The notes under the pieces: model-generated | What the model was told of the DNA's origin: nothing | Databases searched by the model: none | The model's input: the letters and a program-made list of their open reading frames with translations, nothing else | Assembly: GCF_988243305.1 (NCBI RefSeq) | Contig: NZ_OZ547136.1 | DNA: 64,000 nt | Direction: 5' to 3' (one strand) | Position numbers and translations under genes: made by a program | In this document: positions 1 through 10,554 of the stretch, piece by piece | How positions within the stretch are numbered: position 1 is the first letter of the stretch | Layout: each line of letters starts with the position of its first letter

Positions 1-1
1 A

Positions 2-304
2 CGTCCTGACGTGCTGAAAATTGATAAGTCATTTACCGCAGCTATAGGTTCTGACGCGGTTAACTCGACGGTGACCGATATCATCATCGCACTGGGGCAA
101 AGACTGAATATTGAACTGGTGGCGGAGGGTGTGGAAACGCAAGAACAGGCGAAATATTTGCGCCGTCATGGCGTGCATATTTTGCAAGGGTATTTGTACG
201 CACAGCCAATGCCGCTACGTGATTTTCCCAAATGGCTGGCGGGCAGCCAACCGCCGCCCGCCCGGCATAATGGACATATCACACCCATTATGCCGTTACG
301 TTAA
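2..304 (+). CDS. pdeD: 3' end of an EAL-domain c-di-GMP phosphodiesterase gene; start lies upstream of the window
   Basis: Open frame runs in from the window edge; EAL-domain-like C-terminus (VAEGVETQEQ...LQGYLYAQP); convergent with yoaE as in K-12 (yoaD/pdeD, recalled). Confidence 0.6.
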   Translation, partial: RPDVLKIDKSFTAAIGSDAVNSTVTDIIIALGQRLNIELVAEGVETQEQAKYLRRHGVHILQGYLYAQPMPLRDFPKWLAGSQPPPARHNGHITPIMPLR

Positions 305-307
305 CGC

Positions 308-1864
308 TTACTCATCTTCATCGTGCACCGGTTGCTCTTTAACAATGCGAACCAGATCAACACGATAATCATTGGCTTCAATGATGGTGATATGCAGTGG
401 CCCTACATCAATCACATCGCCCACACGGGGAATGTGACCATTTGCCGAGATCACGAGGCCCGCGACCGTCGCGATATCATCGTCATCGGCAAGGTGCTCA
501 ACATCAAGCGCCTGCTGCAAGGCATGCAAATCTGTACCGCCTTTTACCAGCCAGCCGTCACCATCAGTAATGATTTCCGGCGTTTCGTCAGCGTCCGGGA
601 ATTCACCCGCAATGGCTTCCAGCACATCCAGCGGCGTGACCAAGCCTTGTACCACACCAAACTCGTTGGTCACGATAACAAAGCTCCCGCGAGCACGACG
701 CAGCACGCCCAGCAGGTTGATCGGATCGAGGGTTTCAGGGACGATAATCGCCGGAGACGCCGAAGCAATCGCCGCCACATCAACGCCCTCTTCCAGCGCC
801 ACCAGCAGTTCTTTAGCACGTACGATTCCGATGATTTCATCCAGTTCACCGCGACATACCGGGAACAGGCTGTGCGGTGAGGAGAGCAGCTGCTCGCGGA
901 TTTCATCGACCCCGAGATTAGCGTCAACCCAGCTTATTTCACCGCGCGGCGTCATGATCCCGCGCAGAGAACGCGACGCCAGCGTGAGTACGCCGTTAAT
1001 CATGTAACGTTCTTCTTCGGCAAACGCACCTTCCGGGATCGGCATCGGCATCGGGTTATCGGCATCGTGCTGAACATTGGCCTGACGTTTCCCGCCCATC
1101 AAACGCAGGATGGCATCGGCAGTACGCGCTCGCAGCGGCAAAGTCGACTGGTGACGAATAAAGTTGCGACGCGCAATCTGGTTAAACACTTCGATGATGA
1201 TCGAGAAGCCAATCGCGGCATACAGGTAACCTTTCGGAATGTGGAAACCGAAACCTTCTGCCACCAGACTCAGACCTATCATTAACAGGAAGCTCAGACA
1301 GAGCACCACCACCGTGGGATGCTGGTTAACAAATCGCGTCAGCGGTTTCGATGCCAGCAGCATAACCGCCATCGCAATCACTACCGCCGCCATCATCACT
1401 GGCAGATGGTTAACCATCCCTACTGCCGTAATTACCGCATCCAATGAGAAGACGGCGTCAAGGATGACAATCTGTGTGACGACCACCCAGAAACTGGCGT
1501 AGCCTTTACCGTGGCCGGAATCATGATCGCGGTTTTCCAGCCGTTCATGCAGTTCGGTTGTTGCTTTGAACAGCAAGAATATCCCCCCGAACAACATAAT
1601 CAGGTCGCGTCCGGAGAAGGAGAAATCCATGACGGTAAATAGCGGTTTGGTCAGCGTGACCATCCATGAAATCAGCGACAGCAGCCCCAGACGCATAATC
1701 AGCGCCAGTGATAATCCCAGCAAACGCGCTTTATCGCGTTGTTTTGGCGGCAGTTTGTCAGCAAGAATGGCGATGAAGACCAGGTTATCGATACCCAGCA
1801 CAATTTCGAGAACAACAAGCGTGAGTAGCCCCGCCCAAATTGAGGGGTCCATTAAGAATTCCAT
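308..1864 (-). CDS. yoaE: UPF0053 inner membrane protein (TerC-like transmembrane region plus CBS/CorC domains)
   Basis: 518-aa ORF with hydrophobic N-terminal half and CBS-pair/CorC-like C-terminal half; position upstream of manX matches K-12. Confidence 0.9.
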
Positions 1865-2130
1865 GACAAGCTCCTGCTTAAGGAATAGCTATTCGACGCC
1901 AGAAATAATGCAGGCGTAACGACAAAATGCAAACGAAAGGTGCGGCATAGAGTGCCAGAAAGGCAGGCGTTAAAAGGCCTGATGCTGAAATGACGTCGGT
2001 GACGATCCATACTGCGGGCTACTGCCCTATACTCCATGGTTGTTAAACGGGAGTTAAACATATCAGAGACGCCTCTGATTTGGCAAAGATTTACCTTCCT
2101 TTGCAAACGAATGTGACAAGGATATTTTAC

Positions 2131-2156
2131 CTTTCGAAATTTCTGCTAATCGAAAG
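2131..2156. promoter_or_regulatory. Palindromic operator (cTTTCGAAAtttctgctaaTCGAAAg) upstream of manX, candidate Mlc/NagC-type site
   Basis: Inverted repeat ctttcga...tcgaaag about 170 bp upstream of the manX start; manXYZ is a known Mlc target. Confidence 0.4.
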
Positions 2157-2326
2157 TTAAATTACGGATCTTCATCACATAAAATAATTTTTTCGATATC
2201 TAAAATAAATCGCGAAACGCAGGGGTTTTTGGTTGTAGCCCTTATCTGAATCGATTCGATTGTGGACGACGATTCAAAAATACATCTGGCACGTTGAGGT
2301 GTTAACGATAATAAAGGAGGTAGCAA

Positions 2327-3298
2327 GTGACCATTGCTATTGTTATAGGCACACATGGTTGGGCTGCAGAGCAGTTGCTTAAAACCGCAGAAATGCTGTT
2401 AGGCGAGCAGGAAAACGTCGGCTGGATCGATTTCGTTCCAGGTGAAAATGCCGAAACGCTGATTGAAAAGTACAACGCTCAGTTGGCAAAACTCGACACC
2501 ACTAAAGGCGTGCTGTTTCTCGTTGATACATGGGGAGGCAGCCCGTTCAATGCTGCCAGCCGCATTGTCGTCGACAAAGAGCATTATGAAGTCATTGCAG
2601 GCGTTAACATTCCAATGCTCGTGGAAACGTTAATGGCCCGTGATGATGACCCAAGCTTTGATGAACTGGTGGCGCTGGCAGTAGAAACAGGCCGTGAAGG
2701 CGTGAAAGCTCTGAAAGCCAAACCGGTTGAAAAAGCCGCGCCAGCACCCGCTGCCGCAGCACCAAAAGCGGCTCCAACTCCGGCAAAACCAATGGGACCA
2801 AACGACTACATGGTTATTGGCCTTGCGCGTATCGACGACCGTCTGATTCACGGTCAGGTCGCCACCCGCTGGACCAAAGAAACCAATGTCTCCCGTATTA
2901 TTGTTGTTAGTGATGAAGTGGCTGCGGATACCGTTCGTAAGACACTGCTCACCCAGGTTGCACCTCCGGGCGTAACAGCACACGTAGTTGATGTTGCCAA
3001 AATGATTCGCGTCTACAACAACCCGAAATATGCTGGCGAACGCGTAATGCTGTTATTTACCAACCCAACAGATGTAGAGCGTCTCGTTGAAGGCGGCGTG
3101 AAAATCACCTCTGTTAACGTCGGTGGTATGGCATTCCGTCAGGGTAAAACCCAGGTGAATAACGCGGTTTCGGTTGATGAAAAAGATATCGAGGCGTTCA
3201 AGAAACTGAATGCGCGCGGTATTGAGCTGGAAGTCCGTAAGGTTTCCACCGATCCGAAACTGAAAATGATGGATCTGATCAGCAAAATCGATAAGTAA
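2327..3298 (+). CDS. manX: PTS mannose-specific EIIAB component
   Basis: 323-aa ORF with GTG start preceded by AAGGAGG; Ala/Pro-rich linker between IIA and IIB domains; matches ManX. Confidence 0.97.
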   Translation: MTIAIVIGTHGWAAEQLLKTAEMLLGEQENVGWIDFVPGENAETLIEKYNAQLAKLDTTKGVLFLVDTWGGSPFNAASRIVVDKEHYEVIAGVNIPMLVETLMARDDDPSFDELVALAVETGREGVKALKAKPVEKAAPAPAAAAPKAAPTPAKPMGPNDYMVIGLARIDDRLIHGQVATRWTKETNVSRIIVVSDEVAADTVRKTLLTQVAPPGVTAHVVDVAKMIRVYNNPKYAGERVMLLFTNPTDVERLVEGGVKITSVNVGGMAFRQGKTQVNNAVSVDEKDIEAFKKLNARGIELEVRKVSTDPKLKMMDLISKIDK

Positions 3299-3360
3299 CG
3301 TATTGTGTTGATTATCACTCAGTTTTCACACTTTAGTCTTACGTAAACAGGAGAAGTACA

Positions 3361-4161
3361 ATGGAGATTACCACTCTTCAAATTGTGCTGGTATTTATCG
3401 TAGCCTGTATCGCAGGTATGGGATCAATCCTCGATGAATTTCAGTTTCACCGTCCGCTAATCGCGTGTACCCTGGTGGGTATCGTTCTTGGCGATATGAA
3501 AACCGGTATTATTATCGGTGGTACGCTGGAAATGATCGCGCTGGGCTGGATGAACATCGGTGCTGCAGTTGCGCCTGACGCCGCTCTGGCTTCCATCATT
3601 TCTACCATTCTGGTTATCGCAGGTCATCAGAGCATTGGTGCAGGTATTGCACTGGCAATCCCTCTGGCCGCTGCGGGCCAGGTACTGACCATCATCGTTC
3701 GTACTATTACCGTTGCTTTCCAGCACGCTGCGGATAAGGCTGCTGATAACGGCAACCTGACAGCGATTTCCTGGATCCACGTTTCTTCTCTGTTCCTGCA
3801 AGCAATGCGTGTGGCTATTCCGGCCGTCATCGTTGCGCTGTCTGTTGGTACCAGCGAAGTACAGAACATGCTGAACGCGATTCCGGAAGTGGTGACCAAT
3901 GGTCTGAATATCGCCGGTGGCATGATCGTGGTGGTTGGTTATGCGATGGTTATCAACATGATGCGTGCTGGCTACCTGATGCCGTTCTTCTACCTCGGCT
4001 TCGTAACCGCAGCATTCACCAACTTTAACCTGGTTGCTCTGGGTGTGATTGGTACTGTTATGGCAGTGCTCTACATCCAACTTAGCCCGAAATACAACCG
4101 CGTAGCCGGTGCGCCTGCTCAGGCAGCTGGTAACAACGATCTCGATAACGAACTGGACTAA
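3361..4161 (+). CDS. manY: PTS mannose-specific EIIC component
   Basis: 266-aa polytopic membrane protein directly downstream of manX. Confidence 0.97.
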   Translation: MEITTLQIVLVFIVACIAGMGSILDEFQFHRPLIACTLVGIVLGDMKTGIIIGGTLEMIALGWMNIGAAVAPDAALASIISTILVIAGHQSIGAGIALAIPLAAAGQVLTIIVRTITVAFQHAADKAADNGNLTAISWIHVSSLFLQAMRVAIPAVIVALSVGTSEVQNMLNAIPEVVTNGLNIAGGMIVVVGYAMVINMMRAGYLMPFFYLGFVTAAFTNFNLVALGVIGTVMAVLYIQLSPKYNRVAGAPAQAAGNNDLDNELD

Positions 4162-4164
4162 CAG

Positions 4165-5025
4165 GTGAGCGAAATGGTTGATACAACTCAAACTACCACC
4201 GAGAAAAAACTCACTCAAAGTGATATTCGTGGCGTCTTCCTGCGTTCTAACCTCTTCCAGGGTTCATGGAACTTCGAACGTATGCAGGCACTGGGTTTCT
4301 GCTTCTCTATGGTACCGGCAATTCGTCGACTCTACCCTGAGAACAACGAAGCTCGTAAACAAGCTATTCGCCGTCACCTGGAGTTCTTTAACACCCAGCC
4401 GTTCGTGGCTGCGCCGATTCTCGGCGTAACCCTGGCGCTGGAAGAACAGCGTGCTAATGGCGCAGAGATCGATGACGGTGCTATCAACGGTATCAAAGTC
4501 GGTTTGATGGGGCCGCTGGCTGGTGTAGGCGACCCGATCTTCTGGGGAACCGTACGTCCGGTATTTGCAGCGCTGGGTGCCGGTATCGCAATGAGCGGCA
4601 GCCTGTTAGGTCCGCTGCTGTTCTTCATCTTGTTTAACCTGGTGCGTCTGGCAACCCGTTACTACGGCGTAGCGTATGGTTACTCCAAAGGTATCGATAT
4701 CGTTAAAGATATGGGTGGTGGCTTCCTGCAAAAACTGACGGAAGGGGCGTCTATCCTCGGCCTGTTTGTCATGGGGGCATTAGTTAACAAGTGGACGCAT
4801 GTCAACATCCCGCTGGTTGTCTCTCGCATTACTGACCAGACGGGCAAAGAACACGTTACCACTGTCCAGACTATTCTGGACCAGTTAATGCCAGGCCTGG
4901 TACCACTGCTGCTGACCTTTGCTTGTATGTGGCTACTGCGCAAAAAAGTTAACCCGCTGTGGATCATCGTTGGCTTCTTCGTCATCGGTATCGCTGGTTA
5001 CGCTTGCGGCCTGCTGGGACTGTAA
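4165..5025 (+). CDS. manZ: PTS mannose-specific EIID component
   Basis: 286-aa ORF immediately after manY; operon order manXYZ. Confidence 0.97.
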   Translation: MSEMVDTTQTTTEKKLTQSDIRGVFLRSNLFQGSWNFERMQALGFCFSMVPAIRRLYPENNEARKQAIRRHLEFFNTQPFVAAPILGVTLALEEQRANGAEIDDGAINGIKVGLMGPLAGVGDPIFWGTVRPVFAALGAGIAMSGSLLGPLLFFILFNLVRLATRYYGVAYGYSKGIDIVKDMGGGFLQKLTEGASILGLFVMGALVNKWTHVNIPLVVSRITDQTGKEHVTTVQTILDQLMPGLVPLLLTFACMWLLRKKVNPLWIIVGFFVIGIAGYACGLLGL

Positions 5026-5040
5026 GACTGTTGTACACTA

Positions 5041-5067
5041 CCGGGGCCTTTTGGCCCCGTTTTTTTA
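5041..5067 (+). terminator. Rho-independent terminator of manXYZ
   Basis: Hairpin ccggggcc-tttt-ggccccg followed by a T-run right after the manZ stop. Confidence 0.75.
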
Positions 5068-5079
5068 TCTGGAGGATTA

Positions 5080-5538
5080 ATGACAATCACGGACCTGGTA
5101 CTGATTCTTTTCATCGCCGCACTCCTGGCCTTCGCGATCTACGATCAGTTCATCATGCCCCGCCGTAACGGCCCCACCCTGCTGGCAATTCCTTTGCTCC
5201 GGCGTGGTCGCATCGATAGCGTTATCTTCGTCGGATTGATTGTCATTCTTATCTATAACAACGTCACGAATCATGGCGCGCTAATAACAACATGGTTATT
5301 AAGTGCACTGGCTCTGATGGGTTTTTATATATTCTGGATCCGCGTTCCGAAGATCATCTTTAAACAAAAAGGTTTTTTCTTCGCCAATGTCTGGATTGAA
5401 TATAGCCGAATCAAAGCGATGAACTTGTCGGAAGATGGCGTGTTGGTGATGCAATTAGAACAGCGTCGGCTGTTAATCCGCGTTCGAAATATCGACGATC
5501 TGGAAAAAATTTATAAGCTTCTCGTTTCAAATCAATAA
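5080..5538 (+). CDS. yobD: UPF0266 inner membrane protein
   Basis: 152-aa hydrophobic ORF; position after manZ matches K-12. Confidence 0.9.
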   Translation: MTITDLVLILFIAALLAFAIYDQFIMPRRNGPTLLAIPLLRRGRIDSVIFVGLIVILIYNNVTNHGALITTWLLSALALMGFYIFWIRVPKIIFKQKGFFFANVWIEYSRIKAMNLSEDGVLVMQLEQRRLLIRVRNIDDLEKIYKLLVSNQ

Positions 5539-5744
5539 GTTATCAATTTAGCCAAAGCTATGTTTAGTGTATTTTTAATAATCAGACATAGCTTAGGCTA
5601 TATTACCCCTTCCCTTATTTGTTATTTATTTTAACGTTTTATTGATATATAAATCTAAATGAAAATCGTTATCAATAAAGCAATGAAATAATATATTCCA
5701 ACAGTTGTTTTATATTCTCAAAATATGTTAAGGTTGCGCCCTCA

Positions 5745-5960
5745 TTTGGGGAGTAGCCGATTTCCAGATTCCGGAAATGTACGTGTCAACATACTCGTTG
5801 CAAAACGTGGCACGTACGGACTGAACACTTTCAGTCAGGCGAGACCATATGCACATCAATCGCTATGCCTGCATGAACGCGAAAACCATCGCGGTTTGTC
5901 GTTCATGTATGCATGTTTGCTGGGGGCGATGATGTGTTTTATGGATACCCCGGTCAGGAC
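5745..5960 (+). promoter_or_regulatory. mntP 5' leader with yybP-ykoY-type manganese riboswitch
   Basis: Long untranslated leader before mntP containing GGGGAGUAG (5747-5755) and CAGGCGAGACC-like conserved riboswitch elements; the 81-aa ORF in the track here is most likely not coding. Confidence 0.6.
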
Positions 5961-5966
5961 GTTGTC

Positions 5967-6533
5967 ATGAATATCACTGCTACTGTTCTTCTTGCGTTTG
6001 GTATGTCGATGGATGCATTTGCTGCATCAATCGGTAAAGGTGCCACCCTCCATAAACCGAAATTTTCTGAAGCGTTGCGAACCGGCCTTATTTTTGGTGC
6101 TGTCGAAACCCTGACGCCGCTGATCGGCTGGGGAATGGGCATGTTAGCCAGCCGGTTTGTCCTTGAATGGAACCACTGGATTGCGTTTGTGCTGCTGATA
6201 TTCCTCGGCGGGCGAATGATTATTGAGGGTTTTCGTGGCGCAGATGATGAAGATGAAGAGCCGCGCCGTCGACACGGTTTCTGGCTACTGGTAACCACCG
6301 CGATTGCCACCAGCCTGGATGCCATGGCTGTGGGTGTTGGTCTTGCTTTCCTGCAGGTCAACATTATCGCGACCGCATTGGCCATTGGTTGTGCAACCTT
6401 GATTATGTCGACATTAGGGATGATGGTTGGTCGCTTTATCGGCTCAATTATTGGGAAAAAAGCGGAAATTCTCGGCGGGCTGGTGCTGATCGGCATCGGC
6501 GTCCAGATCCTCTGGACGCACTTCCACGGTTAA
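5967..6533 (+). CDS. mntP: Manganese efflux pump MntP
   Basis: True start taken at internal ATG ([18 protein letters not shown]...), giving 188 aa; the track ORF extends upstream into the leader. Confidence 0.93.
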
Positions 6534-7339
6534 TAAGAACGCTGCCAGAGGTGAATATTAAAGTCCGTCTGGCAGTCGAACACTTCTTTTGCTGCCAGTG
6601 TTTGCCAGACTTCTGACTTCGCACGCCAGGCAAACGGCGTCATCTGCAATAATGCGACGGCTTCGTCACTGCGAAGACGCATCGGATAACACAACTCAGC
6701 ACTCTGCTGTAATGTAAAACCTTCCAGTTGTTCTGCATGAGGTGCATGAAGATGTACTTCATTGTAAATCAGCCCCTTCAGCTCCATCAAATGTCGCGGT
6801 CCCGGCGTGGCAGTAATGACCCAACCGCCAGGCTTCACTACTCGCGCTAATTCTTCTGCTTTACACGGCGCGTAAATACGTATTATGGCGTCCATACTGG
6901 TATCGGAAAACGGCAAACGGTGGCTGGAAGCAACACAAAAAGTGACCTGCGGATAGCGTTTCGCCGCCGCTTTTATCGCTACCTTCGAGACATCCAGGCC
7001 AAACGTGGTGATTTCGGGCAGCGCATCGGCAAATGCGTGTGTGTAATACCCTTCACCACAGCCAATATCCAGCACCGCTGTGGCCTTTTCATCAAGCCGT
7101 TCCCGCAGTTGGGCGACAATTGCATCACGCAGCGGCTGATAATGTCCGGCATCTAAGAATGCGCGGCGTGCTTGCATCATTTCCGCGCTGTCGCCCGGAT
7201 CACGAGACCGTTTATGCTGAACGGGCAGCAGATTGACATACCCTTCTTTCGCCATATCAAACTGATGTCGCTGGGGACAGATATAGCTGTTTTTTTCACG
7301 CGAAAGAGGCTGATGGCAAAGTGGACAGGAAAACGACAT
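6530..7339 (-). CDS. rlmA: 23S rRNA m1G745 methyltransferase
   Basis: 269-aa ORF with N-terminal Cys4 zinc-binding motif (CPLC...CPQRH) and a SAM-methyltransferase fold motif. Confidence 0.95.
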
Positions 7340-7504
7340 GACAACTCCGGCAGGATACTAAAGGCCGCAAGTGTAACGCGAATCACGCGGCGGGCAAATA
7401 TCCGAACGACTGGAGCGAAGATAAAGCAAAGTAAAAAGCCTCGCATTCGACGAGGCTTTATAGCGAGATTGAAGCGTATTCACACTTCAGATCAGTGGAT
7501 TCGA

Positions 7505-7714
7505 TCAGATAGCTGTTACGTTAACAGCTGCCGGACCTTTCTGACCGTCCTGAATTTCGAACTCAACGTTCTGACCTTCAGCCAGAGTTTTGAAACCATT
7601 ACCCTGGATAGCAGAGAAGTGTACGAACACGTCTTTGCTGCCATCAGCCGGAGTAATGAAGCCAAAACCTTTAGACTCGTTGAACCACTTAACCTGACCT
7701 TTAATCTTTGCCAT
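7505..7714 (-). CDS. cspC: Cold-shock-like protein CspC
   Basis: 69-aa ORF with canonical cold-shock domain (KGFGFI, VFVHF). Confidence 0.97.
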
Positions 7715-7726
7715 TTGAAAAATTCC

Positions 7727-7870
7727 TTAGATTGTTTTCTTCGCCCGCAGGCATAACATAGATAAAACTGACACATTACTGCATGAGGCACCAATATAAG
7801 GCTCGGCAGAGAAGCGGTATTCAACGTCAACGTGTTTACTCAGGACTTCTTTACTGAAAATGCCACACAT
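7727..7870 (-). CDS. yobF: Small protein YobF (47 aa), cotranscribed upstream of cspC
   Basis: Hand translation of the minus strand gives [47 protein letters not shown]; below the ORF-track size cutoff. Confidence 0.85.
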
Positions 7871-8539
7871 AAACAGAACTGTACCTCGTTTAACCCGAAA
7901 TCTGTTATCACATACAACGTTAATTATGGCAAGCCATTTTTAAACATGTCTCGATCAGACGCACAAATCTCGATACGTCTTCCACTTTTTTTGCACACTT
8001 ATGCAACGGAATACGCGCCGATATATCATTGTGCTTAACCTTGCCAGTTCAGGCAGATACTTAAACTGACGTATTTTCTAACATAGTTCAATAAGTTCAG
8101 TTGTTCCAGGCCAGTGGGAGAAGTTATTACATAGTGCGTGCAATATCACATTTTCTGCTATGCAATGAATAAAAAGTTATATCACTTTTTCTCATAAAAC
8201 AGTCAGTTAACGGCTATCGATCACCCCAAAGAGAAGTCAATCGCCAAAGGTATTGTAAATTTAAAATAAGAAAAATTGATGAATGCGCAAAAAAATCAAG
8301 AGAGAAACGTTTCGCTAATAAATAATACCACACTTAATCACAAATCCGATGTAAACATCCTAATAAATTAATGGGCTAAATATCTTTTTCTGATATCCCG
8401 TTACGCAAATAAATAATATGATAATTATTTGAAGTCAGACCAGAGTTTTAATTTGAAGCAGTTGCACCATGGCAGTGCGTATAATCAGGATGAATTGAGT
8501 AACCCTTCAACGACGGGGTTACTCAAGATTGAGGAAGGA

Positions 8540-8827
8540 TTATCGTTCGGCGACCAGACGAATAATATCTTCGTCTTCAACCGATTTTTGACTCTCAACG
8601 GTCTTTTTATCTGCTTTCTCAGGTTCGTTTGCTTCGCACAAACGACGTAACAGAGCATTTTGACGTTTTTGCTGATCCAGCAACGCCTCAAGCAGTTCAA
8701 TCTGTTCGTTAGTCCGTGAACTGGCACGATTGATAAAAAACCACAAGATAAGCCCGATAAAAAGAACCACCACCGATACAACCAAAGACGCAATGTTCAT
8801 CACGCCTGAATTTACAACTTCGTTCAT
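8540..8827 (-). CDS. yebO: Small membrane protein YebO
   Basis: 95-aa ORF with one N-terminal transmembrane helix; matches YebO. Confidence 0.9.
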   Translation of the reverse strand: MNEVVNSGVMNIASLVVSVVVLFIGLILWFFINRASSRTNEQIELLEALLDQQKRQNALLRRLCEANEPEKADKKTVESQKSVEDEDIIRLVAER

Positions 8828-8901
8828 TTCACCACCTCTGAGTAGAGGCGCTATTCTACCACTGCTGGAGAGGAAGAAAATCTAGTGCTGAAAAAATGAT
8901 A

Positions 8902-9045
8902 TCACCACGGGATAAACTGGTTAATGGCACAAATTCCGCTGAAAAATTGTACATCCTGATCGCACATCATGTTGAATACCTGCGCCCAAAGCAGCAAGCA
9001 AGCCAACACCACGACAACCAGAACGACCCATCGAAACTTTTTCAC
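8902..9045 (-). CDS. mgrB: PhoQ-inhibitory small membrane peptide MgrB (47 aa)
   Basis: Hand translation of the minus strand gives (V/M)[46 protein letters not shown] with apparent GTG start after GGAG. Confidence 0.85.
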
Positions 9046-9203
9046 TCCAATCTCCGTTTCACCTACCTTATGTCATTAAACTAGCATGCGTTAGTTAAAC
9101 AGCGCCTAACTATGTCGATATTCGTGCTTTTTCAGAATGAGTCGCTTGCTTCAGCGCATATTGCCGCTACGATTAAGCGAACATAAAAAGAGAAGAGGTT
9201 GTA

Positions 9204-9443
9204 ATGCGATTCATCATTCGCACAGTTATGCTGATAGCACTGGTATGGATAGGATTATTACTCAGCGGATATGGCGTTTTGATTGGAAGCAAAGAGAATG
9301 CCGCGGGATTAGGTTTGCAATGTACCTATCTGACCGCCAGAGGCACCAGCACGGTACAATACCTGCACACTAAAAGTGGTTTTCTGGGGATAACAGATTG
9401 CCCGTTGTTACGTAAAAGCAATATTGTGGTCGATAATGGTTAA
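9204..9443 (+). CDS. yobH: Small protein YobH
   Basis: 79-aa ORF with N-terminal hydrophobic segment; position matches K-12. Confidence 0.88.
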   Translation: MRFIIRTVMLIALVWIGLLLSGYGVLIGSKENAAGLGLQCTYLTARGTSTVQYLHTKSGFLGITDCPLLRKSNIVVDNG

Positions 9444-9586
9444 GGGTAATAAATAACCAGATTCTCACTCATGAGTAAAATATTCTTATCGCAAGTGCGT
9501 TTAATATAACGCCACCTTCAACTTTATTTTTCTCATGCTCAATAAAGAACCTGTCTGTTTGATATTCAGACAGGTTCTTACTCTCA

Positions 9587-10378
9587 TCAGAACGGATAGT
9601 CGTGATAACCCATTTGGGCAGAAATTTTGCGCGCCGCGGTATGCAACATTGCGACATATTCCTGTAAACGCTCTTCAGAGAAACGCAACGTCGGGAAGGA
9701 GATGCTAAGACCGGCAATGACCACGCCAAAGCGATCAAATACCGGAACCGCAATGCATCGCAGCCCTTCTTCCTGCTCTTCGTTATCTTCGCCATACCCC
9801 TGCTCACGCACCTGGTCCAGAACGGGTAATAACGCTTCTGTACTGGTGATGGTCCGCTCGGTACTGCGTTTATACTCCACGCCCTCAAGAATTTGCTTCA
9901 CTTCATCGCGATCGCGCCATGCCAGCAGTACCTTACCAATCGCGGTGCTGTACAGCGGATTACGACGCCCAATCCGTGAATACATGCGCAAATTGTACAT
10001 AGAGTCAATTTTGTGAATGTAAACAATACTGTCTTCGTCCAGTGCGCCGAGGTGGATAGTTTCTTTGGTCAGGCGGGAGATCTCACGCATCTGGATATCT
10101 GCGCTACGAATTAAATCGACGTTTTGTAACGCGCGAGCGCCCAGTTCAAACAATTTCAGGGTCAGGGAATATTTCTCCGACTCCCCTTCCTGCGCCACAT
10201 AACCTAAGGTTTTCATGGTCTGTAAAAAGCGATAAACGGTGCTTTTTGACATCATGACGCGCTGCGACAGCTCGGTTATCCCTATTTCGCGCTCTTCACC
10301 CAGCGCCTGCAAAATGCCAAAAACTTTCAGCACAGAAGATACAGAATCAGGCTGTTTATCCAGATCTGCGTTAGCCAT
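9587..10378 (-). CDS. kdgR: IclR-family transcriptional regulator KdgR
   Basis: 263-aa ORF with N-terminal HTH and IclR-type effector domain. Confidence 0.95.
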   Translation of the reverse strand: MANADLDKQPDSVSSVLKVFGILQALGEEREIGITELSQRVMMSKSTVYRFLQTMKTLGYVAQEGESEKYSLTLKLFELGARALQNVDLIRSADIQMREISRLTKETIHLGALDEDSIVYIHKIDSMYNLRMYSRIGRRNPLYSTAIGKVLLAWRDRDEVKQILEGVEYKRSTERTITSTEALLPVLDQVREQGYGEDNEEQEEGLRCIAVPVFDRFGVVIAGLSISFPTLRFSEERLQEYVAMLHTAARKISAQMGYHDYPF

Positions 10379-10554
10379 TTATCACCTCATTGCGAGTGTT
10401 TTATAAAAATCAGAACTGTTTTTTATTATAATTTCGCACCAGGGTGGTCGCAATCCATCTTTTGCCGGTTAGTTACAATTCTGCGACATCCACCGTGAAT
10501 ATCAGTGCTAGAATCATACCCCTGTTGATTATTCACCAAAGATATAAAATTCCT

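Noticed and set aside
3457-4218. 253-aa ORF on the minus strand
   Set aside because: Antisense to manY and the manZ start; the manXYZ frames are well supported.
5725-5970. 81-aa ORF upstream of mntP
   Set aside because: Overlaps the conserved riboswitch-type leader elements; more likely structured RNA than coding sequence.
8040-8540. AT-rich 0.5-kb stretch between yobF and yebO as a possible foreign island or unannotated gene
   Set aside because: No ORF with start context, and the region is flanked by conserved core genes; most simply a long AT-rich regulatory or intergenic region around the yobF-cspC promoter.
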